NCBI RefSeq assembly: GCF_009914755.1 | Contig: NC_060934.1 | DNA length: 64,000 bases | From: the human T2T-CHM13v2.0 reference genome, Homo sapiens | Reading direction: 5' to 3' (one strand) | Part shown: one piece after another, positions 1-13,382 of the stretch | Position numbering within the stretch: position 1 is the stretch's first letter | Layout of the letters: every line of letters begins with the position of its first letter | Program-made: the position numbers and the translations under genes | Notes under the pieces: generated by a model | Told to the model about the DNA's origin: nothing | Databases searched by the model: none | The model's input: the letters and a program-made list of their open reading frames with translations, nothing else

Positions 1-240
1 TCACTTATAAGTGGGAGCTGAATGATGAGGACACATGGACACAGGAGGGGAACAACACATATTGGGGCCTGCCAGAGAGGGATGGTGGGGGAGGGAGAGC
101 ATCAGGAAGCATAGCTAATGGATGCTGGACTTAATACCTAGGTGTTGGGATGATCCATGCAGCAAACCACCATGGCACCCGTTTACCTATGTAACAAATC
201 TGCACATCCTGCACATCTATCCCTGAACTTGAAGAAAAAA
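1..240 (+). mobile_element. L1 3' UTR end (old L1PA, L1PA13-16-like), truncated by window edge
   Basis: L1 3'UTR motifs 'tcacttataagtgggagctga', 'gcagcaaaccaccatggcac', 'cctgcacat..tatccctgaactt' followed by an A-rich tail. Confidence 0.9.
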
Positions 241-1299
241 AGGTAAAAAAAATTCAGATCATTGCACTAATTTGGTGACTCTGCTTTTCTCTTTATAAGA
301 CATGCAGATTAAAGTGTAGTCACATGTGTTCTCCCAGGTTTATGCAAAAGAAATGAAAAATTTTAAATGCCAGGAGCCAATCAAAAACAAATAAGTATTC
401 CCAGGATTATTAATTCCATACAACCGAGGCTCAGCCAGAATTCCTCTCTGCCATCAATTATCTCAGAAACACCACAGTTATTAAAAGCTACATAAACCAC
501 CATCTAAAAAAGATAAAGCAGAAAGTTCAACGGGAAATAATTTTGAAATTGACTGGAGACACCACATAAAAATCAAATTAAAAATGCAGACTCCATTAAC
601 TTGGATTCTGTGACTTTCCAAACTGGGTGGAGTTTAAGTCCACCTTTCAGTCTTTTCCAAGAAAAGGAGACTGCACACATTAGTAAATACAACAGGCAGA
701 GTAGATATTTTAAGACAATCTACTTTTTTAAATTGTATACATTTGCTTGTAAGCAAACAGACTGCTTAATCACTAACTTTCTTTTCCCTAAGAAGGAATC
801 TAATCTATGCAAAAATCCTTGGTAGCAAATAATAGGCCACTGCTTCCTGCCTCTTTTCATTACCTCACCAAGCACCCATTTCCAAATTTCCCAATGAAGC
901 AACTGCAAGTTCTAATCCCTCTATCTAATTTGCATGAAGCTGCGGACTAGCTATCCTGAAGCACAGCTTTTATCAGCCCTACAATACACCCTTCCTGCCA
1001 AAGAGAGTTAACATGCCTTGGACTGGTTTTCAAGGCCAACACCTCTGGCTCCAGCCTTATCTTCTACTGCCCTTCCTCCCAGCCCTCTCCAGCAGCCAGA
1101 CTCCTATACTATCTATCCCGGAACCTTGACTTAAAAAGGCACACTCACCAATCTGCTACCCTGGCATGCCCTGAGATTGTACTAATACACCTGCTCCTCT
1201 GACCCCTCCTCGTCAACCTCCTTTGACAACTTTTACCTCTGCTTAAACCCTTGAACTCCTTGGAAAACTGGCTGATTCTAGGTCTGGGGCAAGCAAATA

Positions 1300-2230
1300 T
1301 TCAAGATGAGCCTGAGCATCCTGGAATGCCAGAAAATAAGGACGTACTAAAACATACACACACTGTAAGAACTCCCGAAGGCCAAAGCTGGAACAACTTG
1401 ACCAACCAAATAAATAATGTAGTATTGCATTATAACCTGAAGCATAAATTAAATATCCATGAATCCATACTAAAAAATAAATCATTGATTAAATAAATGG
1501 GAGCGAATATGCAAACCTTCTGTGCAGAAGAATTCAAAGTAATTTATGTAGACATTCCAACCACAAGGAGAAGCGTAACTTCTCCCTACTCCTTTTGTGT
1601 GGGCTACATATAGTGACTTCCTTCCAAAGGGCACAGTATGGAAAGGGTGAACAAAAGTAACTTGACAGTGGAGAAACCTGCCAAACACTAGCTCAGCTTG
1701 ATCAGGTGATCAAGCTCAATATCAACGTGAGCAGTCATGTTGGTACTATGTACTCTAGATATAATACGATGAAAATGGCACTTCATTTCTGTGATCTTCC
1801 TCACAAAAACCCATAACCCCAATCTAATCATTAGAAAAGCATCAGACAAATCCCAATTAAGGGACATTCTATGAAACACCTGACTGGTACTCCTCAAGAC
1901 TGTCAAGGTCATGAAAAACCAGCAAGGCCTGAGAAACAGTCACCGTCTAGGGCTCAAAAGAGACATGGCAACTAGATGTAATGTGGAATACTGAATGGGA
2001 TCATGGAAGAGAAAAGGGACACTAGGTAAAAACTAAGAAAATATTTAAAAATTATGACTTGAGTTAATAATAAGATATCAATATTGGATCATTAGTTATG
2101 AGGAATGTTTCATATCGATATAAGATATTAGCAGTAGGGGAAACTGGATCTGGGAATATGAGAACTCTGTACTATCTTTGCAACTTTTCTGTAAATCTAA
2201 AAGTATTCTAAAATTAAAAGCTTATTTTAC
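1300..2230 (+). mobile_element. L1MC-type (L1MC4-like) 3' end
   Basis: 'acagtggagaaacctg', 'aaaacccataaccccaatctaatcat', 'gcatcagacaaatcccaa', 'gaactctgtactatctttgcaacttttctgtaaatctaaa'. Confidence 0.8.
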
Positions 2231-2279
2231 AAAACTGTCTTTGGCTCCTCTCCCTCCCATACCCCATACCCAGGCTTAT

Positions 2280-2710
2280 AGTAGATTCTATGTCCAAAAT
2301 GTCTTTCTGCTGTTCCCTTCCCTCCCATTCCCTCTGCCATCCCCCTGTTCATTGTATTCTCCGATCCATCCTCCACACAGCTGCTGGAGTAAGCTTTCTG
2401 ACACACAAATCTGAAGATACCACCTCCCTGATCAAAACCCTTTCATGGCTTCCCACTACTTATATCAGGGTTGGCAAACTTTTTGTGTAAAAGCTCAGAT
2501 TTTTTAAGCCCTGCAAGCCTATCCCCTACTCTGCTATTATAGCACCAAAACAGTCACACGCAATATGCAAACAAATTGATGTGGCTGTGTTCCAATAAAA
2601 CTTTATTTATAAAAACAGGCAGAAGGCTGGATTTGGCCCACAAGTTACAGTGTGCCAATCCTTGGTCTAGAGAATCAAGTCCAAACTCCTCAGACAGGCA
2701 CGCAAGGCAT
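2280..2710 (+). mobile_element. L2 fragment interrupted by MER58A
   Basis: 'tccacacagctgctggagtaagctttctgacacacaaatctga...aaaaccctttcatggcttccca'; resumes after the MER58A as 'aagtccaaactcctcag'. Confidence 0.65.
2467..2664 (+). mobile_element. MER58A (hAT-Charlie MITE)
   Basis: Terminal inverted repeats caggggttggcaaact / agtgtgccaatccttg; core 'gtggctgtgttccaataaaactttattta'. Confidence 0.85.
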
Positions 2711-3193
2711 AACCCACATTATCCCTGAATCATTTAATTTTGTATATTTATCTTGGTTTTATTCTGTCCAATCAATTCCAAGCATGTTTAAGATATTAAG
2801 TAACAAAAAGTCAGTTAAAACACACTCTATGCCTTCAAAAGACTAACAGGCAACAAGTAACTCAACTCATGCTTCCTAAGGCATCTTCAAGTATTTTTTG
2901 ATATGTAAGTAGACAGACCCTTTAAAAAGAAGTGTTTTGTAATCAACTAAGTCTGAGGAATCCTGGGTTTGACAAGGTTAAGCAGCTTTCATTGCCACAG
3001 GAATTCTCAAAGCCTTCATTGTGCATTGGGAATCTCCTTAAAGAGGGATATATTACACAATGACTCTCAAGTCTGTTTGACAACAGAATTCTTTCACATT
3101 TTTAACATCTGTGTCCTGCAAAACAGTTAGGAAATTGTTGACGTTAAGCATACTCCTACAAGGCGGACTGAAAGTTCTATTAATATTTGCCAC

Positions 3194-3614
3194 TGTAGTA
3201 GGCTAAATAGTGCCCCGTCCCCCGCCAAAAGATATCCATGTCCTAATCCCTGGAATCTGTGAATGTTATCTTACATGGCAAAAAGGACTTTACAGGTGTG
3301 ATTAGGTTAATGACCTTGAGATGGGGGGATTATCCTGGTGGGCTCTAAATGCAATCAAAGGTATCCTTCCTTGTAAGAGGGAGGTAGACAGTGACCTGAC
3401 ACCAAAGAGAAGAGAAGAAGGCAGTGTGAACACCAGAGCAAAGATGGGAGTAGGGCAGCCACAAATCAAGGGAGGCTGACAGGCACCATAAACTGGTAGA
3501 GGCAAAGATCAGATTCTCTCCTAGAACCTGCAGAGGGAGCACAGCCCTGCCAATGCCTTGATTAAGTCACCACATTTGTGGTCATTTGTTACAGCAGCTA
3601 CAGAAATGAAAACA
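3194..3614 (+). mobile_element. MaLR solo LTR (MLT1C/D-like)
   Basis: TG...CA ends; 'gatatccatgtcctaatccctggaatctgtgaatg', 'ttgtggtcatttgttacagcagc'; flanks gccac/accac. Confidence 0.85.
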
Positions 3615-3754
3615 ACCACGGTGCCAATCACAGCCATGGTGTTGTGATCTATGCCGACACTAAATATTCTTAAATGAAGTCACGTTAATGTTGTCCACAA
3701 TAAGCTCACAATTAGCCTTAGTTAGCAAGGTTTTATCATCCACTTAAGGGAAAG

Positions 3755-4000
3755 AGTATAATTCAGTGGTTAACACTCTGGACCTGGATTTAACCCCTGG
3801 GGTTCAAATCCCAGCTTTAACATTTATTAGTTAAATATACCACCTTGGTCAAGGTGTTTAGCCTCTTTGTTACTCAGCTACTTCGTCTGTAAGATGGGAT
3901 GATATTCATAGAGTTGCTCTGTGGGTTTAATGAGACCATGCACAAAAAGTACTTAGTATATTTCCTGACTTTACAGTAAATAAATGAAAACTCAATAAAA
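3755..4000 (+). mobile_element. MIR
   Basis: 'ggttcaaatcccagct', 'ccttggtcaag', 'tctgtaagatgggatgat' core. Confidence 0.75.
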
Positions 4001-5854
4001 GAAAACTATTATTACATTATAGTATTACTGATTTTTAAGAAAAAAAAATCTACTTTCACCCCAAGCTACATCTCATCATATTCTTCTATTTTCAGTTTGA
4101 CAAATTATAAATCTTTACCCAATTTCTAGCTTGGGGCATTTAAAATGACCTCAGCAAGGTAAGGCAGGTGGAAAAGTTCATGCCTGCGTCTCTGAACCAC
4201 TGCTTTTAGGTATCTGACTCAATAAACTATGACAGCTAATAGCTCCAAGACATGTGCTTCATGTGATGTGCTAAATTCACGTCACTCACTGAAAAGCCTA
4301 AAGTTACTCTTCTTGCATAGGTCATCTACATTAGTTAAATCAAAGTGCCAACAAAGGCCCATTTGCTAAATTATAAGCTACTGATGCTCCACTAGATAGT
4401 TTTTATCTTAATATTTAGTTATACTCAAAGCAACAGATGAAATTATTCAGATAAGACCCAATAAAGGAAAGGCACAAGGCACCTGAAAACAGAAGGGACA
4501 CATAGGGTCTTGGTACAATATATGAAAGTCTTCCCAGCATGTCACCCAACTCACTCTGCACCTACAATCACCACCTAACCGTCACCTACTGCCACATCCC
4601 ACAGCATCTCCAGCCTACACAGGTGACTTGGGAGTAACCATACATCATGCCTAATTAAAAATATGGGATCACCATTAGTCAAGAGGTGCTTGAGACTCAG
4701 AGCTTTGATTCCTAAAAACTTTAAGAGCCTTCTATTAAAACTGAAACATCCCTAGAAAAAGTAGTATTTTAATTCTTTATTAGTTACATACTGCAGTACT
4801 CATTGTCAGTAAATACACACAAAAACCCGTTCCGGTCTGTCAGTCAGGGAAAGACTATCCTGGAACTCACCAAAACCTCATTAAGGCCTACTAATTTCAG
4901 AAAAGCAAGCCTAAGCAAATGAAAAATTTAAACGTTAGTGATTTTTAAGAAGCACAACCTATATATTTTAACTTTAAAATATGAGTTGTAAATCCAAATG
5001 TCAATGGAGCCAGGCAGGGAAGACAGTTCCAGCTGGCAGGTATGAAAAAACAAAGGTTCCCTGCTAGTGCAAGTGGGAAGCGGCCTCTCAGCCCAAGCCA
5101 GCTGCTGCTAGAGGGAGTATGGCATGCAGGAGCAGGCTGCAGCCACCCAATGCAGGCACCGAGAAGGTTCAGGGGCTGGCCCCACCACAGCTCATCTAAA
5201 ATGATTGGCTTTCTAGTTGCTATTCTTTTAAAATTATAAAAGTCATATGGGTGAATAAATTTAGTTCCAAGGGATATAAATTAAGAAGTAAAAGTCCTTC
5301 CCTTCTACTCCCCCAATTGCTAACAGATTACATCACTATGTATTCTTTTTCTAGACACACAAAATGTTCTACAAGTTGCTTTTTTCACTCAACAATATGT
5401 CGTGGACATCCTTCCACATCAGTACATTCAGATCTACTGCATTCTTTTTACCAAAAGCAGTTAGAGCACAGAATTTCAATGCTGGGAGATGCCTGAGAGG
5501 CTCTAGGCCAACTCTTTCCATTTAACAGACAGGGTTCCCAGAGGTCCTGGACACCTCTAACCATATAGGAAAGAAGCCAGAGCCTCCCCAAATGGGGTCA
5601 CGCCAGCAGGTGTCACCAGCATCATGCCCTCATCTCTGCTATTCAAAGGAGCCTGAGCCTCAGCAAGAAAGAGGCCAAGGCTTCCCACGTGGCAGGTGAG
5701 AAGCAAGGGAGACAAAATTATCTTGGAACAAAGTAATGAATTGTAATCAGTGAAAAGCCTCACAAACATGAACTCTGTATTTTTTATTAGCAAATACCTA
5801 GAATCACTCTAAATTCATCCAAGTAACTCAATTAAAATATTAAAATTCACTTAC

Positions 5855-5941
5855 CAGTCATATTCTACCTAGTTCCAAAATACATCTGGATTGGAGTCAA
5901 CTCAGAATTGCATAAAGTTCACCATCTTCCTGCTTTGAGGC
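5855..5941 (-). other. Candidate 87-nt non-coding cassette exon of the minus-strand host
   Basis: On minus strand: acceptor ccctgtttctttaag|G and consensus donor CTG|gtaagt; unique sequence; no transcript evidence available. Confidence 0.35.
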
Positions 5942-6746
5942 CTTAAAGAAACAGGGCAGGACCTGGCTCACAAATAAGCTGCTTATCTGAGCCAGCCAGA
6001 AGATTCCAATTACAGGGCTTCATGGGTACATCCAGAGCTGCAGCAGTGTAATAAGGAATGCGGTTGAGGCCTCTGCTTCAAAGATCATTCTTATACAAGG
6101 AAACATTTATTAAAAGAGGGAAGAACTGTAAACTTCCTATTTAAAATGTTAATTTTGTTAGTGACTCAAGGTACTGAGAAGCTAACTAAGTATTCAGACC
6201 TTCAGAAACTCCAGTTTAGCTCCCAAATATAGAAAAATCTCTCTATCTAAAGATATAAACTCCCTGGAGGCCAAAGCCTTCCTGCATGGCTAGCTTTTAA
6301 AACATTTTAGGAAACTTGACCTCAAACTAAAATCAGCATTTCAGCAAGGGTTACTTAGAGCCTTTGAGAAACTATATTTCATAAAAACACCAATTTCAGA
6401 AATATGTTGTTCTCTACTAATACACACAATTTGCTTTGTAAAAGAAATGCTTAGTCTTTTTCCAGTATTCTTTATCTTAGCTCAACGGAAAGACCATCTA
6501 ATTGCCAGGCTAAAAACAGGGAATATTCCAGAATGCTCTCATTTTCCCCTCTCCTCCATTCCCAAAGGAGATGCATCACCACCACACCTACCCACCCTGT
6601 CTCTTGACTGTTTCACTTCTCCAACCCTTTGGTTTGGATTCTTACCAAATCCCAGGGTGTCCATGACAACAGCCTCCTAATACAACTCTCGGTCACCAAT
6701 CTTACCTGTCTCCTAGCTGTTCCATACAAAACTGTAAGAGTAACCT

Positions 6747-7215
6747 CATTCATTCATTTAACAAATAACTACAGAGCCTCTACTATGCAACAGGCAGTGT
6801 TGCAGCACTGAAGATAAAGCAGTATACACAACCACTGCCCTCAGGACCACCCCACAGTAGTGTCAGACAAGTGCTAAGTGCCATGGAGGAAACAGAAAGC
6901 AGGCAGAGGGCCAGAGAGTGCTTGGGGGCTGGGTTATTTTGTCTAGAGTGGTCACCAAAGGCCTCATTCCAAAGGGGACATGTGAGCATGTCCTAGAGGA
7001 AGGGGAGTGAGCAAACATGTCAGGGGAAGCACATTCCAGGGAAAGCGGAAACAGGTGTACCACAGGAACATGTGCCAGGTGTATCTCAGGAGAGCAAGGA
7101 GGCCAGAGTGAATGGAGCACAATGAGCCAAGGGAACAATCATCAGAGGTAAGATCAGAGAGACCCCGTAGGCCCGCACAGACGCAGCAACAACTGAGAAG
7201 TTTGTCTGGAGTGAA
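6747..7215 (-). mobile_element. L2 (L2a-like) 3' end
   Basis: 'cattcattcatttaacaaata...agcctctactatg' L2 tail reverse complement; 'agcaaggaggccagagtg'. Confidence 0.8.
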
Positions 7216-8499
7216 ATGAGAACAGTGTTTCTGTGTAGTAACTCCTTTCTAGAATTTAGTTGGAAATTTATAGGTTTTGCAGAATCCCTAGAAAAATCAG
7301 ATGAGAAACAGCAAAAACAGTATTATAATTTTCTTGCTTGCTTAGCAATCAACATCAAGTCCACTGAGAAGTCCAAAGCAAGCACAGGAAATGCCGTCCT
7401 GCAGAGGTAAAGGTTAAGGCCAACATTTCCGAGAACTGAGACAGGAGTGTGCAGAAGAGAAGAGCCCCAATCCAATCACTCAGTCTTCCTTGTAGCTGTT
7501 CCCATGTTCTAAGCGTGAGTTCGATGTCCTGTCTGCCGCCAAGGGTGAGTCAATATTGCAAATAAAATTAATATTAATAAGCTTCACATAGTAGGCTTTA
7601 TACAAATACTGATTATATGCAGTGCTGTTAATCTTTCTAGAAGATCCAAATGTTAACACGATCAGATAATGCTCATAGGCATTTTCCAGTGCTTGAATAT
7701 TCACTAGGGTACAGTTCTTTGTAAACAGTACATGTAAATACTATTGAACTTAGTATCACTTATTTATTAAATAATTTTTTAGATATTCACAATAATGAAT
7801 AAAGAGCAAGAAGAATGTTGGAAGTATTTTAAAAAGATAAAGTAACTCAATTAGCTTTTTGCTAGCTATGTTTTAATCACAGAAGTATGAAGCATCATTA
7901 TTAGTCATTTGGAAAAAGAATTCTTGAGTGATATGCTTTTAAAAGAAATTAGTAATAAATTGCTTACACATAGGAATAAAGATCTAGTACTGCCCACTAA
8001 ATATTTAAGCAATATTAGTTGTTTATCTGAGGTGAAAAAAGAATAACTGTTTTGCTTTGGCAAACAAAAATAGCTCAATTACTAAAATTTTTAACGAAAA
8101 GACTTTTAAAAGGAAAATATGCTTTAGCAGAAGAAATGCAAAAAAAAAAAGGTAAATGTTGTAGAAATTAGAACCTGATATAAAATCTGAACTAGCAAAA
8201 ATAAACACACAAACTCTAACAGCAAAAAAAAAAAAAAAATGGCAGCCAAAAAAATTTGTATTGTTAGGTTTATATGAGCTTAGGAAACCTTAATCTTTTA
8301 TAACAAGCAATCAGCATACCTGCCTTTTGCTGCATAGGAGACTCTACCCACTACTTCTAACTTCCAAGGCTACTATACAAACAAGAGAAACACATGGGGA
8401 ATTATTTCCCAACTGTAGATGGACTGACAGGGAAATAAAGATAGGAGGAGAAGGAAAAACTCAGTAGGTTTTGAGTTTACAAAGGTAACTTACATAGAC

Positions 8500-8706
8500 A
8501 CCGTAAGTACCAAACTCTACTTCAGCCAATTAACTTATTTATATAATCCTCACAGCTGCCTTAAGAGACAGTTATTATAATTACCTTCTCTCACCTTGAA
8601 ATTAAGAAACTGAGTCCCAGGGAAGTTAAGCTAATTGTCACACTGCAACTAAGTGGCAGAGCCAAAAGCAAACCAGATCCTGGCTGCAGCTGTATGCTAG
8701 TAACCA
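8500..8706 (-). mobile_element. MIR
   Basis: 'aatcctcaca', 'aagaaactgag..ccagggaagttaag', 'aagtggcagagcc'. Confidence 0.7.
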
Positions 8707-9141
8707 ACACACCCTCCTGCCTCTGTGCTTCTTCAACTGAACCCTAGGACTTCTGAGTATGATGAGCAATTATGTGTTAATGGGTCAACGAACTCTCATT
8801 AACCTGATCATTGTTCTTATTACTATTTATTTGCAGATTTTTTAAATTATAAGGGTATTTCATTTGAAGGCACCATATGACCTTTCACTCCCATGTACTG
8901 AATCTAATTCCCAGACTGGAAGCTTCCCCATTTCTGCCATAAAAAGTGAACAGGTTACTCCTGGCTGCTTAAATTTCATGCCTGAAATATCCCGGATAAG
9001 CTGCTTGGAACGAGCCAAACATTACAATGAAAATGGGATCTGGCATCCTTTCCTGATTAATGGCAGGGCTGGATTCTGTCAGTGTTCAACGACATGAAAT
9101 TCCAAGGCCTGGAACCAAATGTCCATGCTTTCCAGTAAGTA

Positions 9142-9562
9142 CAGTTGATCCTTGCACAACACGAATTTGAACTACGTGGTCCACTTATACACAGATTTTC
9201 TTCTGCCTCTGCCAACCCTGAGACAGCAAACTTTCCTCCTCCTCCTCCTCAGCCTACTCAACATGAAGACAATGAGGATGGAGAACTTTATGATGATCCA
9301 CTTCCACCTAATGAACAGTAAATATATTTTCTTTCATGATTTTCTTAATAACATTTTCCTTTCTCTAGCTTACCTACTGTAAGAATACAATATGTAATAT
9401 GGATAATATACAAAATATGTCTTAATCAACTGTTTACATTTTCCGTAAGGTTTCCGGTCAAGAGTAGGCTATAAGTAGTTATGTTTTGGGGGAGTCAAAA
9501 GTTATACACAGATGTTTGACTGTGAGGGGTGGGGGTGCCTCTAACGCCTATGTTGTTCAACT
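9142..9562 (+). mobile_element. Tigger2a (MER28-like) TcMar DNA transposon
   Basis: TA + TIR 'cagttgatccttgcacaacac'; 'cagcctactcaacatgaagacaatgaggatg...gatgatccacttccac'. Confidence 0.85.
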
Positions 9563-10574
9563 TTATATAAGTCTCAAAGCTGCTGCAGACTGGCCCAGAG
9601 AAATCCATCCAGATAACACCTGGCAAAGGGAATGCTGATCTAAAACAGGTTATGATGCTAAGGGGAACTGGTAAACATGTCACGGGGTGCACATCACATA
9701 TCAAAGGCCTGTTACTAAAACTACAAGAGTTACACAAGCCCCCCAAAATGTAATTTTACTTGCTATAATCTTTTACTTCAACTACTTTTGTTTCTTTAAG
9801 CAACATCAGTATCCAAACCACCAACCATACAACCACACAGCCCACCCTGACCCAGCTGCCAGAGGCGTACCCTACACTGTCATTCCAAATCACTTTTGAT
9901 CACTTATCTTCCACATGTTTTCCATATCTGTAATCCTGTCCACAAAAGCAACCATATACAATAGATACTCATGCTGCTTTGGAAATGAAGAAGAGAAAGA
10001 ATTAAATATAGCTCTCTTGGCCAATTCTCTGGACACAGAAGATCTATCAAACATACACTAGAATTAAACCCATTATTGATAAGGAAATTAAACTTTAAAG
10101 AAGTAACTTCTCCAGGGTCACGCAGATCTAAGTACAAACTGTTACCCTATCATCAGGGAGGTTTTAGAGGGTTTTCTCAACAGGGCCACCCTGCCCTTAG
10201 GGCACAGGAAATATCTTCCCAGTGGGAGGAATAAAGAAGAATCTCACATAGCAAACTCTGGGTAAACACTCATGGCTTGAAGTGGGTGGCTAACAGGCAC
10301 ATGGGACAAAAATATACATCATTGATGTCCCACTATTAGGAGTTTTTAAAAACAAAATCCATTCCCTTCTAGGTAAAATTATAAGTAATTCCAATTCAAC
10401 TATGTAAACAGGAGGAAACATCTAACACCTCTTCTTTATACACAGGAAAAGAAAGTTTGTTAAAATAGAAGAAAGGAAATAAAGCAAGTATAAGTAGCTC
10501 AGAGAGAATGTGGTTTTGTAGTAGGAACTTTCACTATTTTTCCTTCGATTTGTTGCATACACGTGTATACACAC

Positions 10575-11310
10575 AGATTTATATATATAAAATATAAATA
10601 ATATAATATATAGACATATATTACCTTAGGTAATATAGATTATATAATATATTACATTATAACACATATGTAATATGTATTATATATAAAATAGACATAT
10701 ATTATACATTACATATATCAGAATATATGTGTATATATTATATATCGCATATATATTACATAATATATAACATAATATTATGTAATATACATAATATCTA
10801 ATGTATGTAATATACAGTATATGTATTATAATATATGCATATATTACATATTATTAATATTATATATTATTAATATTATTAATAATATATATTATAATAC
10901 ATATTATATATTATATGCATATAATATATGCATATATTATAATACATATATTACATAATATGTGTATTGTACTTATGTATATAATATATACATAAAACAT
11001 ATAATACATATATGTAATACATATTACATAATACATAAATACATATTACATATTATATAACACATATAATACATAATATTTATGTGTAATATATTATATG
11101 ACATATATACATAATACAAATATACATAATATATGGCATATAATACACAATATATGTAATATAGTATATATTAATATATAATATGTAATATAGTATATGT
11201 TACACATATTACATAATATATGTTACATATATACATCTGTGTATATACGTGTAGGAAAAATTTATTTTTCCTTCATTACATAATATATACATAAACATCA
11301 TAGTATACAT
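10575..11310. repeat. AT-rich degenerate (TA)n / TACATAA low-complexity tract
   Basis: About 730 bp made almost entirely of TA/TAA/TACA units. Confidence 0.95.
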
Positions 11311-11739
11311 ATAGTTTTGTTTTTTCTTGCTGACTCTAGCCATACAATTGCCAGGTGTTAATGCCAGACACTGAGCAAAGTGAGGAAAGAACATTTGCAT
11401 CCAGTGCCTTTATACCGTTTTCCTAACAGTTTTTAAAGGCTGCATTACTCGGCAAGGGACAGAAAAGTCCTGCTGTGTGTCTTAATCTCTTTATGTTATA
11501 TTCACATCTTGTTATTTGAGAATTATCTCTGAGCACTGAGACTAAGCAGAGCCTCATAAATATTAGTGCTTATATTGGCAGATATAAACTTTGGAACCCA
11601 TAGTTTAAGAACTAGTTAACTGGTACAATTGACAGAAACATAATAAGACTATGAGTTAAAAGGCCTAGTTTCTAAACCTTGGAGTTGTGATACGACCTCA
11701 GGAAAAATCAACATTTCTCTGGGTCTTTTGTCACTTGCT

Positions 11740-11960
11740 AAATGGCATGTGAATGTTTACCGTGTTTTGGGCACCAGTCCCAGCATTTTGCATACATCAA
11801 CTCATTACAATACCAAAACAGTACAATGAAGTAGGTATCACCACCCTCATTTGACAACTGCGGAAACTGAGGCACTGAGTAATACAGCTAGTATCAACTG
11901 GCAGAGCATGAATGTAACACAGTCCATCTGGGTCCAGAGCTCAGTCTCTTAATTAACCAC
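11740..11960 (-). mobile_element. MIR
   Basis: 'gtaggtatcaccaccctcattt...ggaaactgaggcact', 'tccagagctcag'. Confidence 0.7.
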
Positions 11961-12736
11961 GAGCACTGCTGGGTTAGAGGATTTCTGGGATTCCTTCCAG
12001 CTCAAACCTTCTATGATTCTGAAATGCTAAGAATGAGCTGTGCTTAGTTCGTCACATTGATGCCAATTTCTTGAAGTTGCTCAATGACCTTCGCAAGTAA
12101 CAAATCCTTAATCTTTATAAATACTGAAAGATTTAAAGCAGCTACCACAGACACCGATTACAGACACTCACTTTAATGAAAGGTCAACTTAAAATGAACT
12201 AGAAATCCATGTGGTGCTTGCAATGCTTCTTGTTTATCCAATTCTCAATTGATGTAGGAGAACTAAGTTAACTGAACTGAAAGGTGGAAGGAAGCAAGAC
12301 AGAGAAATATTTTGCTTTTGGAATAACTGAGACTGGAAATTAACCACAGCCAGCTTCAAGGCTCACCAGCTGATCTCTACTCACTAATATTTCAGGTGGA
12401 CCTCTCCCCACAGAGGACCCCAAAAGTACACCCACTACCCCACTCCCAGACAAGGCAAGGAAGGAAGGAGGGGTTGCAATGACATCTCCGAGCCACCAGA
12501 GAGCATATCTTCATCTGGGTTCAGAACATTTTACAAAACAGGTGAGTTGAAATTTGAGACTCTTCCAGGAGAGTATGAAAAAATCCACCCTAGTTCATGT
12601 GTATTTCTTTTTCTCAAATCAGCAAATATGTCTCAGGCCTACGCTTTCTTTTCTTTCTTCTTTAAAAGTCCCAGTTTCTCCACAGTCCAACTCAACCTTC
12701 ACCAAAATGAATGAATGAAACTACCACTCTAGATCA

Positions 12737-13030
12737 GAGATTCTAGGATTCAACTATGCACAAAAATGGTTATGTGATTAAAATGCAGATTCCTGGCCTC
12801 CACACCTATAGATTATGGTTTGGTGTATCTGCTACAGGACTCAGGAATTTACATTTCTGACAAACACTCTCTGAGTGTGTGTGTGTGTGTGCGCGCGCGC
12901 GCGCACACACACACACTCACACACGGGCGCGCATGCGCACTCTTACACGCACCCACTACCACAATCACCTTCCCCCCACCACCTCTCTGACACAGGTGGT
13001 TGGTAGACCATGTTTGAAAAACACTATTGC
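12737..13030. mobile_element. MER5-type hAT MITE interrupted by a microsatellite
   Basis: 'ttaaaatgcagattcctggcctccac', 'caggaatttacatttctgacaa', 'accatgtttgaaaaacact'. Confidence 0.65.
12875..12916. repeat. (GT)8(GC)7(AC)6 compound microsatellite
   Basis: Read directly from the sequence. Confidence 0.95.
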
Positions 13031-13041
13031 AGATGCTGTAA

Positions 13042-13382
<341 letters not shown>

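Noticed and set aside
5105-5118. CTCF-like motif ctgctagagggagt (similar one near 27025)
   Set aside because: Imperfect match, expected by chance in 64 kb
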